From contig NC_090352.1 of assembly GCF_035084215.1 (NCBI RefSeq), positions 24,428,001-24,492,000 of the forward strand: a stretch of DNA of 64,000 nt. Reading direction: 5' to 3'. Both the position numbers and the translations under genes were made by a program. Of the stretch, positions 46,491 to 60,100 are shown piece by piece. Below the pieces are notes generated by a model that was given only the letters and a program-made list of their open reading frames with translations, made no database searches and was not told the DNA's origin. Position 1 is the first letter of the stretch. The number at the start of each line of letters is the position of its first letter. This stretch comes from Heptranchias perlo. Its lineage: Eukaryota.

Positions 46491-48849
46491 TAAAATATTT
46501 TATTTTAAATTCAGTGTTTAAAATATAATTTATACAAAAGATGGAGTCATTGAGGATGTTTTTCTCTAACCCTGTCGATAATTATAAAACCTTATCCACT
46601 GATTGAGCAAATCTCACTGTGGAACACGTTTAAAATACTATAATTTCAGTGAGCCTGATCTTGAAGTCAGCAAAGGTAAAGAAACAGATAATTATAATTT
46701 GCTTTCCATCTAAAACAGCTGCTTTAAAGAACTGAAATGATGATAATAGTTGCATCTGAAACACTCTCAGGTAAAATGGACACCATTGAAATGGATATGG
46801 CAGCAATTGAGTACTATCTCCACTGCTGAATTCATTGAGATTCCATTAGCTCCTCAAAGATTGCGGCAGCCCAGATTTTTAGTGACACTTGTGTAGGTTC
46901 AAAACAAATTGGCTCTGTCATACTGGACAATTTTGAGATGTGAAGTAAATTAAACATGTAATCAAGCAGGAAATACTTTACAACACTCTATCACAAGATT
47001 TCCGTGAAGCCGCACACAGTATTTAGATGTTGCCATTTTTTTAGACACTTTCAGTGATAGCTGTGCAGTAAACCAGATGAGGCAAAATATATTAAATGCA
47101 TGTGCACTTGCTAACTGGGGTTCCTTCAGTCATTTATATAGCTCTGCTTTCTTTCAGGAGTGTTTAGCTGATGCTAATTGTAAAATTATTAATACCTGGA
47201 GTAGATAACATGCCAAATACCTTTTTGAAAAATGAACAGGCTCGAGGGGAGCTGGATGGTTTGTGTTAGAACCCCAACCTCACATCTCTGTGACAAACCC
47301 TCTTCAAATTTAACCTGGACAGATTGAATCCGACTTTTGTGTGCCTAATGGTTGTCAGAGGTTCCAGATAAAATGAATTTGGTCAGCTTCTGTCCTCTTT
47401 ACCAGATGATGTGTGTACGTGGTTTAAAACTGCCTCCATTATTCACGTTTGCCACTGGAAAAAAAAAATCAGCTTAGTAATACCTTTCCTCATGCGAGTC
47501 ACAGGCCTTGAAATTATGCTATGGGCCCATTATTAGGAGTTAAATGGGTCTAACACATTGCTCAAAGATAGCTTTAAATGGTGGAGAGAAAGGAATTTCA
47601 GATGAACGTGTAATTTGAAAGCCAGAAAGATTTCACAGCCAGTCAAAACCTGACCAGATCACATCAATTAATATATCAAATTGGTTTACATCCCAAATTT
47701 AAACAATCCTACAAAATCACCATTCGTTCAGTTTGGCCGTCCATTTGCTAAATGAACTAATCACGTGTGTGGATCACAATTTAACTCTGCCCCAGCAACA
47801 TAATCTCGTGCCTTACTGCTTATTAGAGGAGAAAACAAATCTCGCCAGTTATAATTACATTCCTTAATGACAATTAATATTCTTCTGTTTTATTCTGTCT
47901 ATTTCACTTTTAATTTTTTTTGAATCTATTTGTTTAAACACTGAATGATGATGACATCATGTGGGAATCGGACTGGAAGTGCTGGTGGGGGACAGTTACT
48001 GTGCCTGACAGAATGAGGGAGCTGAATTAATGTACACAGTTGAAATGGCGAGATTGCAGAAACACTCTGGGCTAATGACTGTAGCTGTTGATTGATGCAC
48101 ACTGTTGGCTTGCGGTAACTTCTCCAAGTGGTTTCTCCTAATTATGTCACCAATATTCATCATTTAAATTAAAAATATTTCCCCCGGTATCAATAGAAAT
48201 AAATGTGGGGGGGTGGGGGGGGGGGCAAAAGAAAAGAATGTTAAAGGGAATCAGAATTGATGGGAACTAATTCTGAAATGGAGTATTGATGGATACCATG
48301 GAGGCACAGCAACACTGGAACTCCAACAGACTGTGCCACAGAGTGGTAGGATGCGAGTTTGCACCTGCAGTTCCTCGCAGGGGGAGCCGAGGGACTCAGC
48401 TGTATCATCGAGGGCAGATGGTGGGCAGAGGTCAGACTGTCCTCTAGAGGGAGGGGATAAAAATTCAGACTAGCAAAGACCTGGAGTAGGTCACTTCCTC
48501 ACCTCTATTCTAGGAATGGTACATGATATGTGGGGACATCAGAGGTAAAGGGAAAATTGGAAAAACTCTTGAGAAAAGGACCTTGTAGTGACACTAGCTC
48601 TATTTTCTTAAGAAGCTGTCAGACAACACTTGCAGGAGGATACATTGGTGCATTGGGGTGTTGCTACAGTTGAGAACACACTAGGAACAACATGCTTTGG
48701 AGGTTTGTCTGGGTAAGTGGGATGTAACAGGTACAGCCTACATAGAGACGGGGTTGCATGGTTTGGTCTTTGCTCTTTGTGGGGCTCCAGCAGAGGAATG
48801 TTGTTAGTTAGTAGCCCAGGTCTTACCCTCCCTGGCCGCTGTCTGAGGC

Positions 48850-49583
48850 TGAACCAGACAGTTCACAACCTCGCGTCCTATTTGACTGTGAGCTGAGCTT
48901 CCGACCTTACATCCTCTCCATCACCAAGACTGCTTAGTTCCACCTCAGTAATATTGCCCATCTCCGCCTTTGCCTCAGCCCATCGGCTGCTGAAACCCTC
49001 ATCCATGCCTTTGTTACCTCCAAAATCGAATATTCCAATGCGCTCTTGGCCAGCGATCCGCCATCCGCCTTCCACCCTCCAAAACTCTGCTGTCCATATC
49101 CTAACCCGCACCAAGTCCTGTCCACCCATGAATCCTGTGGTCGCTGACCTACATTGGCTCCAGTCCAGCAACGCCTCAAATTTAAAATTCTCATCCTTGT
49201 GTTCAAATCACTCCATTGCCTCACCCGTCCCTATCTCTGTAACCTCCTCCAGCCATACAACCCTCCGAGATCTCTGCGCTCCTCCAAATCTGGCCTCTTG
49301 CGCATCGCCGATTTCCCTCACCCCATCATTGGTGGTCGTGCCTTCAGCTGCCTAGGCCCTAAGTTCTGGAATTCCCTCCCTAAACCTCTCCTCCTCGCTA
49401 CCTCTCTCTCCTCCTTTAAGACACTCCTTAAAACTTGCCTCTTTGACCAAGCTTTTGTTCACCTGCCCTAATATCTCTTTATGTAGCTTGGTATCAAATT
49501 TTTGTTTGATAATCACTCCTGTGAAATGCCTTGGGACATTTTACTATGTTAAAGGCGCTATATAAATGCAAGCTGTTGTTGTT
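48850..49583 (+). mobile_element. L2 LINE 3' fragment
   Basis: Encodes PVQQRLKFKILILVFKSLH.L..PYL...RSLRSS...GGRAFSCLGPKFWNSLP...FKTLLKT.LF; tail ggcgctatataaatgcaag(tgt)n. Confidence 0.85.
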
Positions 49584-49594
49584 CTTGGGACCAT

Positions 49595-49935
49595 GTGCGC
49601 CTTACACTACAACAGGACATCCCAAAGCACTTTACAGCCGATGAAGTATAGTCGCTATTGTAATGTAAGAAACGGAGCAGCCAATTTGTGCACAGCAAGG
49701 TCCCACAAATAGCAATGAGATAATGACCAGATACTCTGTGTTATGATATTGGTTGCACGATGAATATTGATCTTTTACATCTACCTGAGAGGGCCGACAG
49801 GCCACAGCGTAACAACATCCAAAAGACACCTCTAACAGTGCAACACTCCTTCAGTACTGCACTGGAGTGTCAGCATAGATTTTGTGCTCAAGTCCCTGGA
49901 GGCGAGCGTGCTACCACTGAGCCACGGCTGACACT
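49595..49935 (-). mobile_element. Deu-domain-like SINE
   Basis: Reverse complement of the 44350-44722 family, with internal deletions. Confidence 0.7.
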
Positions 49936-50294
49936 ACCAGTAGGCTGCAGGCAAAGGCTCCAGACTATTTAGTACCTCTGCAGCTCCAGGTAGTCTGTAC
50001 ATTATCTATTTCAACTGGTATATTTCCCACAGATGTTTCACTTATATTTGTGGGGTACTTTAAATGTAACCTATTTTACAAAGAATGGTAACATTGCCCC
50101 ATTGGCAGTGTGTGCAATAATAATCCTTCCTCATATGATAGACACTCCATCTTCATTATAAAGCTTTCACTTACACACAGAATAGGGGCTAGCTGATCGT
50201 ATACGGACAGCTATTCCAATCAAAGGACTCAAATGACATCATAAACTGCAAGAGCAGAGTTAGTGGTTTCTAAAATAAAAATAGAAGTGCTGGA

Positions 50295-50455
50295 ATCATA
50301 GAATTATGAAATCACACAGCAGAGAAGGAGGCCATTTGGCCCATCATGCCTGGCCGGCACTCTGAAAGAACTACCAATTATTCCCACTCCCCTGCTCTTT
50401 CCCCATAGCCCTGCAAATTTTTCTTTTTCAATTATATATCCAATTCCTTTTTTGA
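50295..50455 (-). mobile_element. CR1-type 3' tail
   Basis: atcatagaa...gaaggaggccatttggcccatc...ccccatagccctgcaaattt. Confidence 0.65.
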
Positions 50456-50460
50456 AATCT

Positions 50461-50620
50461 GAAATAAAAAAAGAAAATGCTGTAAATAAACAGCAGGTCA
50501 GTCAGTATCTGTAAAGAGAAAAGACAGGTGGTGATAAGGAACGACCAAAATGTCATGACCTGTCTTTTCTCTTTACAGGTGCTGACTGACCTGTTTATTT
50601 TCAGCATTTTCTCTTTTCAA
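50461..50620. mobile_element. Fold-back Penelope-like terminal repeat (second family)
   Basis: Inverted arms at 50472-50529 and 50558-50612, homologous to 28530-28590. Confidence 0.7.
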
Positions 50621-50659
50621 TTTTGCACACTCTGACCTTTTTTAAAAGAATATAACGTG

Positions 50660-50820
50660 AGGAGGAATTTCATGGGGTGAATCTCCTCAGACCTTCTCCC
50701 GCTCCGTCACCATAACTTCAGCGGAAACCCTGGTCACACGTGTAAATGGGGTCTGTGGCCGCAATTCCACCAAAGTTACAGTGGGGGAGCAGGAGGAGCT
50801 CCGAGGAAATCCCACCCCCT
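50660..50820. mobile_element. MITE-like element
   Basis: Dyad symmetry: ctcc...cataacttcagcggaa / ttccaccaaagttacagtgg...ggag. Confidence 0.4.
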
Positions 50821-52605
50821 CCACCCTATATGTTCGCTATTCTTAGCAAAATTGCTAATGTTCTCTTAGAGTTCCACTAGAAATAGTGACCAGAGGAAAC
50901 CTTCTCTCATAGTGTTTCAACTTTGCTTGCAAGTTTTATTCAGTTTTGAGCCCATTTTGTTGCAGCAGTGGTTAGCAACTGTCGGTGCGTGCCCCATGTC
51001 ATGGATGTAGGCGACATTCATGCTGTAGGATTAATCGCTGTGGTATTGTTAATGTAAATTTATCAACAGGTTGTGGTTGATTACTGGCCAGGTCTGTAGC
51101 CAGCATGTAATATAATCTCTGATACAAGACTACTGGACCTTGGTATCTGATATTTTCACATTGTGCTGTGAGAGATACCATAACACACACCTCAATTTGG
51201 CCTCATGTACAATGGTGGATGTTCGAATCAAATATTATAGGAACACGCTTTCAGAACATTCATAAAACTATGTGTTTGTGCTGGGGTAAGTTGGTAGTAC
51301 AAACCCTATAGACAAGATTGTGGGGTTTAAGCCCCAGGACAGGTTTGAACCCCACCATCCATTCTTGGCAGAGTTGTTAGACAGATAGCTTTAGTTTGGT
51401 TGGAAATTGCATCCGAGATGGGAAAAACTGACATACTAGTTTTATTCTACTGTAAATATGACTCCCATTGGCCAATCAAAAGAACTGAGACTGATGACAA
51501 TTATAGAGAAATACTAAACCTACTTGAGCCAGTTTCTTGGAGGTGTCCTCATATGGTTTTGGTTCCAATTTGTTTTCTTATTTTCCTTTAGGAAAGACAT
51601 GGCTCTGCACTTGTCCCTTATTATACAGTTGACATTTGGAATTAGGTGTGTGAGGGAATTGTATGATTCAAACCCACATCTAATACTCTGACATACTGGG
51701 GCACTTATGGACCTGTCCCACTTCCCTATATGTTGAATTTTCCAGTTCCATCTTGTGAGATTTTAGTGGTTCTACCAGCTATTGGTGTATTCCATGTCGC
51801 TGGTGCTAAATGAAGTTTACAAGTATATTAATGCCATGTGATGTCAACAGTAGTGTATGAGACTTGCTGCTTGTAGTTTACCAGTATTTACCTTGACCAT
51901 TGTGTATTATTTGTTACATTGTGTACTGTTTTGATAAACTGCTTGAGTAGAAATTATTTGTGATGTTATCGAGGTTTCATGTTTGTGTCATTAAAAAGGA
52001 AATCGAGGAAAAAATCCATCAAATATTCGAAATTAACCCATTACGATTTTGTTTTTGTTAAGAAACTGCAAAAACAAATATGTGAAGCATTAATTTATAG
52101 AAAATCTGTTTTGAAATTCTTATGTGATAGAAATCAAGTATGTTTGTTGCTGTCTAGGAAAGACATTCTAGGGGAAGATTTTCTCAGCATTCTGTTTGTA
52201 TCAAAATGAAAAATTTATTCTTTGTAAATGCATTTATGCTTTCACTACAAATAATGCATAGAGGAAAGTTACCCACCTCGGTGTTTGAAGAGTTAACTTA
52301 GTTTTTCTTGATGCATTACTGAAGGTGTGTAATCTGTCCCATTTAATAGTCCTGTACAGAGTGACTCTTCAGGTGGTAGGGCTGATTGTCCCTTTCTCAC
52401 CTGTCAAATGTTGGATTTCAGGGCGGTTCACTCTTGCTGTTGGATGCTCCAAATAGGACTCAAAAATGGGACCAGTTGCAGCAACATGCAGTATATTCAT
52501 AAGAACTTATCTCAAATGACTTTTTCTATAAAAGGTTATCATAGGGATAACTACTAATGCTCTCTTCTGAGAGCAGATTCATTTGTCTACCTTCGTAAGT
52601 AAAAG

Positions 52606-52682
52606 TAGAAAGAAAGAAATTGCATTTATATCTTGCCTTTCCCATCCTCAGAATGTCCCAAAGCTCTTTACAGCCAATGAAC
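52606..52682 (-). mobile_element. Deu-like SINE/L2 tail
   Basis: agaaagaaagaaattgcatttata...gtcccaaagctctttacagccaatga. Confidence 0.6.
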
Positions 52683-53002
52683 TCAGTCTCTCTCATCTAC
52701 ATTGTATCAGATGTACTGAACAGTACACATGGAAGCATTTAGTTCAGTGTTATGGATCAGCATCTTCAAATCATATCCTCTCATATCCACTTTGGTCTTT
52801 CTAGAGCACATTTTGCTAAAAGAAATGCTAACTACTGGGTGCTTCTCCACTTCAAGGACAGTCATGAAAGAATGAATCCACACAGCATTCAGATCTACTT
52901 ATAGATTTGCATCTGAGCTACTCTTGGCAGTTCAGAAAGGACCTTTCTTCCTATTTTGCCTCAGCATGTAAGCTGGGGTATTGGAACTGATCCTGATTTG
53001 TA

Positions 53003-54400
53003 TACAAAATTGAGAGAGCTGTCCCACAGACTAGTCAAGCAACAGTCAGCACCATTCTCACTGAATCATACCTTTCAGCAACATCCCAAACTCTTCCATC
53101 ACCATCCCTGGGTATGTCCTGTCCCACTGGCAGGACAGACCCACCAGAGGTGGCGGAACAGTGATATACAGTCAGGAGGGAGTGGCCCTGGGAGTCCTCA
53201 ACATTGACTCCTGTCCCCATGAAATCTCATGGCATCAGGTCAAACACGGGCAAGGAAACCTCCTGCTGATTACCACCTACCGTCCTCCCTCAGCTGATGA
53301 ATCAGTCCTCCTCCATGTTGAGCACCACTTGGAGGAAGCACTGAGGGTAGCAAGGGCACAGAATGTACTCTGGTTGGGGGACTTCAATGTCCATCACCAA
53401 GAGTCACTCGATAGCACCACTACTGACTGAGCTGGCCGAGTCCTGAAGGACATAGCTGCCAGACTGGGCCTGTGGCAGGTGGTGAGCAAACCAAGACGAG
53501 GGAAAAACGTACTTGACCTCATCCTCATCAATCTACCTGTCACAGATATGTCTGTCCATGACAGTATTGGTAGGAGTAACCACCGCACAGTCCTTGTGGA
53601 GACGAAGTCCCGTCTTTACACTGAGGACACCATCCAACGTGTTGAGGACACTACCACTATGCTAAATGGGATAGGTTCAGAACAGATCTAGCTGCTCAAA
53701 ACTGGGCATCCATGAGGTGCCGTGCGCCACCAGCAGCAGCAGAATTGTATTCCAGCACAATCTGTAACCTCATGGCCTGGCATTTTCCTCATTCTACCAT
53801 TACCAATAAGCCAGGGGATCAACCCTGGTTCAATGAGGATTGTAGAAGAACATGCCAGAAGCAGCACCAGGCATACCTAAAAATGAGGTGCCAACCTGGT
53901 GAAGCTACAACACAGGACTAAACAATGCAAGTAACATGCTATAGACAGAGCTGAGCGATTCCACAACCAACGGATCAGATCAAAGCTCTGCAGTCCTGCC
54001 ACATCCAGTCGTGAATGGTGGTGGACAATTAAACAACTAATGGGAGGAAGAGGCTCCGTGAACATCCCCAGCAACTCGCCAAGGCTTCTTCGACAGCACC
54101 TCCCAAACCTGCGAACTCTACCACCTAGAAGGACAAGGGCAGCAGGCACATGGGAACAACACCACCTGCATATTCCCCTCCAAGTCACACATCATCCCGA
54201 CTTGGAAATATATTGCCGTTCCTTCATCATCGCTGGGTCAAAATCCTGGAACCCCCTTCCTAACAGCACTGTGGGAGAACCTTCACCACACGGACTGCAG
54301 CGGTTCAAGAAGGCGGCTCACCACCACCTTCTCAAGGGCAATTAAGGATGGGCAATAAATGCTGGCCTTGCTCAAATCCCACAAATGAATAAAAAAAAAA
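53003..54400 (+). mobile_element. Internally deleted copy of the tRNA-headed LINE family
   Basis: Collinear with 37394-38476, then jumps at ~54070 to 39895-40230, removing the whole RT core. Several indels and stops. Confidence 0.9.
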
Positions 54401-56059
54401 CATAAACCATACCTAGCTCAAATTCATTCCGACTCTGAAGTGAAATTCTTCGATTAGTTCAAAGCACAAGTAGACAGTACAGCCTATGCCTTATTAAAGA
54501 CTAATTTAACACTACTTGATGTGTTTTTCTACTTGAAGGCATGTTAGGAAAAGAGATTCTTCATTCAATATGTCCAAAACAATAGGGAAAATCACTGCTG
54601 GACTTTGATGCATAATAGGTTTTAAATTATGCATTAAAAAAAACTCTTCTCTCCTACTGATACCCAAGTTCAAGATTTGTTGCAACTCCTTTAGCCAAAT
54701 GTGTCACCTCATATCAGACCAAGTTGTGTATTATGCACACTCTCTGTCAGGACTGAGGTAATCTCTTACTACCAGAGAAAGAGACTAATGTTCAGGCAAA
54801 TGCTCGGTGTTTTTTGGGGCACAATGTAGGCGCATACTACAGTTTACCAAACGATGCCTGTTTTTTGTTATTTTTTTTTCATCAAGTGAGGCAACTCCAG
54901 TATGTTGTCCATGCTGCTCGCAGGTAGTTAATCCATTTCTAAGAAACACCTGTCCATCATTTGACAGATCTCCAGGGAGTCATTCAAAGGAACTCAACTG
55001 TTTTGTCTGTTTAAGCCTTTAATGAAATGGTTCAAAGCTGCCGACTTCAGCAATTGGCTTTTGCTGCTGTCCATGAATCTATATGTGTGCATAAAACCGA
55101 TTTTGAGAGTTTCGTCTGTTTATGAAAGTGTCTGCTGCGAATGGTATAATTTTCCTCTCAAGTGATGGAGGTACATAGTGGAAACCCCACGTGAAAATCC
55201 AAACACAATCCAACTGGCCTGTTGTTCCCTGAAACCCTCAGAAACGTACAGGTACTTGAAAGAAATTGGGTCTGACGTGGCAGATTACATTGCACACGAT
55301 GTCTTTCTTCAGCTCGTGTGTGGTATGGCCTTGCTTATGGGAGCTGGCTTTTGTGTTGATCACAAGGAAAAGTATTTGAAGAAGCCTGAATTATAACAAA
55401 ATACTTTAAAAATCGGAAATGCCGCTCTGAAGTCAGATCAGTGGGAGAGGGCTGAAAGTTGACTTGAAAAATTGAAATGAACGATTAATTTGGGACGGTT
55501 GAGAGGTTTAGACAAGCCCATCAGAGATTGCGAGTGTGGATTTTCCTGAGAAAGTGTGTATTTTTATTCAAGTACCTGCAGATTTCCAAGGATTCCTGTG
55601 TACCTTACAAGATTTCCTTACCAATGTGTAGATTCAGCAGTGGAAATAAAACTTCTTAAACATAAGAAGTGCTGGAGAATTGCAACTTCAGAAACACTTG
55701 TGAGTAGTTCTCCCACTAGGCCATGAGGTGGTGAGATGGATTTTGAGAGACAGTGAACATTGTGCCGATCACACTTTGATCTTGCAGCATATTACAATGT
55801 GAGAGGTAGAAGGAGCCTCTCATGTTGTAACATGCTGTGGGGTCAAAGTGCAACCAGCGCCAGGGTCACTGGCCCTCAAATCCTATTATATCAGGGAGAT
55901 GGTGGGAAAATGTTCATGCAAATGATGCTTCAAGGGTTTCCACAAGTTTTGAGCAACATCTCCTGGGACTTTGATTCGAGTTACTGTGGATTGTGATTGC
56001 TCTGGATATTAATATTGTCTCTTGTATCTCCACAGGAAGGAATCTATTGTCACTGCCTC

Positions 56060-56602
56060 TGTACTCTGCAAAGTTCTGGTCTCCATATTATAAAAATGAT
56101 ATAGAAGCACTGGAGAAAGTGCAAAAAAGAATTACAAGCATGATACCAGAACTGAGAGGGTGCAACTATTAGGAAAGACTGAACAGGCTGGGGCTCTTCT
56201 AGAAAAGAGAAGATTCAGAGATGACCTGATAGAGGCCTTTAAAGTTATAAAGGGGTCGATAGGGTGGACGTAGAGAAGATGTTTCCACTTGTGGGGGAGT
56301 CTAAAACTAGGGGCTATAAATATAAGATAGTCACTAATAAATCCAATAAGGAACTCAGGCGAAACTTATTTTTCACCACTCTCTGAGTAATGTGGAACTC
56401 GCTATCACATGGAGTGGTTGAGGTAATTAGCACAGATGCATTTAAGGGGAAGCTAGATAAGTACATTAGGGAGAAAGGAATAGAAGGATATGTTGATAGG
56501 GTGAGACGAAATAAGGTGGGAGGAGGCTCATGTGGAGCATAAACATCAGCATTGACCTGTTGGGCCGAATGGCCTGTTTGTGTGCTGTAAAATTCTACGC
56601 AA
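56060..56602 (+). mobile_element. CR1 3' fragment
   Basis: DIEALEKVQ...L..LGL....RGH.YKI...FF....MWNSL-like remnants plus the tail hairpin. Confidence 0.8.
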
Positions 56603-56669
56603 TTGTCTTGTGCACCATCCACTCATATACTTCAAGCCTCTAAGTAATCTGTCCCTTTCCACCCAACCC

Positions 56670-57030
56670 CATGGCTCAGTAGGTAAATGCAATGTGTGAT
56701 GTGTCACTGAGCCAAATAGACTCAGGAAACGCTTCAAGTTTGATCTCAGGTCTATATTAATTTATGCTGATCTCAACCCATAAGCTGTTCAGAGTTCAGG
56801 GCACAAATTTGTCTCAATGCCTTTGGGCTAGGAGGGAGAAAATCAGCCAGCGTTGCCACTCCTAATCCAGTGACTCCTGTTGGAAGTGTGCATGTATGGA
56901 TGCTGGATGAGAATTTGGCTATAATGGCCCCATGGTCTACTGCATCTCCATCTGGAATCATACATGAAGAATTGACCATTGGAGAAGGTGCCTCAGCATG
57001 AATGACTGCCTTCAGGAGAGAAGGAGCAAG
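56670..57030 (+). mobile_element. tRNA-derived SINE (second family)
   Basis: Head tggctcagtaggt (A box) followed by the core shared with 9515-9770. Confidence 0.5.
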
Positions 57031-57199
57031 GGGAGAAAAACCAAGGGGTAAAATGTGAGCAATATAATGTTGCTTCTATTTTGGTATCAAACCTCTCTTC
57101 GGTTGTAACCTCTGAACTCTTAAGCCAATTACTCTGAACACCAATCAAATATGTTACGTCAGCTACATGTCACTACATGATCCCGTTATGTTTCTGGGA

Positions 57200-60100
57200 G
57201 CTTGCAGTTACTACCTGTGAGGATAAGGATAAAAACTGTCGGAAGGATAGCCAGAATGCTGACAATGGCACCCTGGAGCAGGAGACTGACCAAAGTAGGG
57301 AGGAGGAGGAGAAGCATGATGTGGTAATTGTAGGGGATTCAATAATTAGGGGGACAGATAGCATCCTTTGTAAGCAGGATTGAGAGTCCCACTTGGTATG
57401 TTGCCTACCTGGTGCCAGGGTGAGGGACATGTTGAACCGGCTTGAAAGGATATTGGAGAGGGAGTAGGAGGATCCAGTCGTTGTGGTCCATGTTGGTACC
57501 AACAACATAGAAAAGAGTAGGCAAGAGGTCCTGTTCAGAGAGTGCCTGGAACTAGGAACTAAATTTTAAAAAAACAGGACCTCAAGGGTTCTAATCTCTG
57601 GATTATTACACAAGCCACATGCAAATTGGGGTAGGGATAAGGAGATTAGGGAGGTGAACACGTGGCTGAAGGAGTGGTGTGGGAAAGAGGAGTTACATTT
57701 CATGGGACACTGGCACCAGTACTGGGACAGGAAGGAGCTGTATCTTTGGGACGGGCTCCACCTGAACTGGGCTGGGACCAGGGTCCTAGCGGAAAGGATA
57801 AATAGAGCAATCACATAGACTTTAAACTAATAAATGGGGGGGCGGGGAGGGCTCAGGTGGTAGAATAAATAATAATTCTAAAACAAATGAAAAGGAAGTG
57901 AGTAGAGTAATAGTCAGAAATTATGTTTTAGGCTCTATAGGTAAAGGGAAAACTAAAAGATGTAAAGTAATTAAATCAGGAGAGAGAAATACGAAATGTG
58001 TGAGAAAAACAACATTAAAGCAGAAGGACAGGTTAGGGGGTGTGACCCAAATAAGCGTTCTTTATACAAACGCATGGAGTATAAGGAACAAATTGAATGA
58101 ATTGCAGGTACAAATTCAACTTAGAGGCTACGACATGGTAGCCATTACTGAGACATGGTTGCAAGACAGTCAGGACTGGGAACTGAATATACCAGGTTAT
58201 AAGGTCTATGGTAAGGATAAGCAGACTAGTACAGGGGGAGGAGTAGCCTTACTGATTAAGGATGGAATTACTTCAATGATAAGAGAGGATATAAGAGAGA
58301 TGAAAAGGCAGTGGAGACTTTATGGGTAGAATTAAGAAATAGAAAAGGATTTAAGACTGTGGTGGGAGCTGTGTATAGGTCCCTTGGTAGCAGCTGTGAA
58401 ATGGCAGTGTGTATAAATGTAGAGATTAGACAAGCATGTAGCAAAGGCAGAATGGTTTTAATGGGGGATTTTAACTTTCATATAGATTGGGATAAGCAGT
58501 TGAGCTCATGTCAGAAAGATAGTGAATTTCTCGTGTGTTCAGGACAGCTTTCTGCAACAATATGTCCCAGAACCAACAAGGGGGCAGGCCATATTAGATT
58601 TAATAATGACTAATGAGCCAGATTTAGTTAACAGCCTAACGGTGCGTGAACATTTATCTAATAGCGATCGAGTTCAAAATTGTGTTTGAAAGGGAGAAAC
58701 CCTTTACAGCTACTAAATTTAGGTAAGGCCGACTTCAACAGGATGAGACAGAGACAGTCCAGAGTAAACTGGGCAAATCTGTTAATGGGTAAAACAACAG
58801 AAGATCAGTGGGAAGTGTTCAAAAAAGAATTTAACGTAAAACAGAACCAGTTTATACCCCTAAGGGGCAAGAGCTCTACTTGCCAAAAAAAAAGCCATGG
58901 ATGACAAAAGAGGTAAGGGACAACATGTAAAAGAAAAAGCATACAAAAATGCAAAAATATCAAAATCAACACAAAAAATGTTTACAATTATATTCGGAAA
59001 AAGAGGGTGGTCAAGACCAATATGAGCCCCTTAAAAACTGATAATGGTGATATTGTTAATGAAAATAAGGAAATGGCGGACATGTTAAATAATTACTTTG
59101 CGTCAGTATTTACAGTAGAGGAAGAGGATAGCATGTCGGACAGCCCAAGGAAACTAATTTTGAATCAGGGACGGGGACTCAATATAATTAACTTAAGCAA
59201 ATTAACAGTGATGAAGAAAATAATGGCACTAAAGAGTGACAATTCCCCAGGACCAGATGGTTTCCATCCCAGGGTTTTAAAGGAAGTAGGTGAGAACATT
59301 GCAGATGCCCTAACTATAATCTTCCAAAGTTTTCTCGATTCAGGATCCGTTCCTTTAGACTGGAAAATTGCATATGTCACTCTGTTATTTAAGAAAGGTG
59401 AGAGAGGGAAACCAGGGAATCATAGACCAGTTAGTCTAACATTTTTTGTCGGGAAATTACTAGAGTCTATAATTAAGGGATAGAGTGGCTGAACACCTTG
59501 AACATTTTCAACTGATCAGAGAGAGCCAGCATGGATTTGCAAAGGGTAGGTCATGCCTGACGAACCTGATTGAATTTTTTGAAGAGGTGACTAAAGTAGT
59601 GGTCAGGGGAATATATATCGATGTTGTTTATATGGACTTCCAGGAGGCATTTAATAAAGTCCCTCTTAAGAGACTGTTAGCTAAAGGTTGAAGCTTATGG
59701 AATTGAGGGCAAGTTAGTGACCTGGTTAGGAAATTGGCTGAGCGGCAGGAGACAGAGAGTAGGGATAATGGGCAGGTACTCAAATTGGCAGGATGTGACT
59801 AGTGTCCCACAGGGATCTGTGTTGGGGCCTCAACTATTCACTGTATTTATTAACAACCTAGATGAAGAGATAGAGAGCCACATATCCAATTTTGTTGCTA
59901 ACACAAAGTTAGGCAGCATTGGAAGCAGTGTAGATGGAAGCATAAAATTACAGAGATATTAATAGATTAAGTGAATGAAATCCATTTGCCACAGCTTTGC
60001 CCAATGTAGGCAAGCATGAGGTTATCCACTTAGGACCTAACAAGGATAGATCAGTGTACTTTCTAAATGGTGAAAAGCTCGAAACAGTGGGGGTCCAAAG

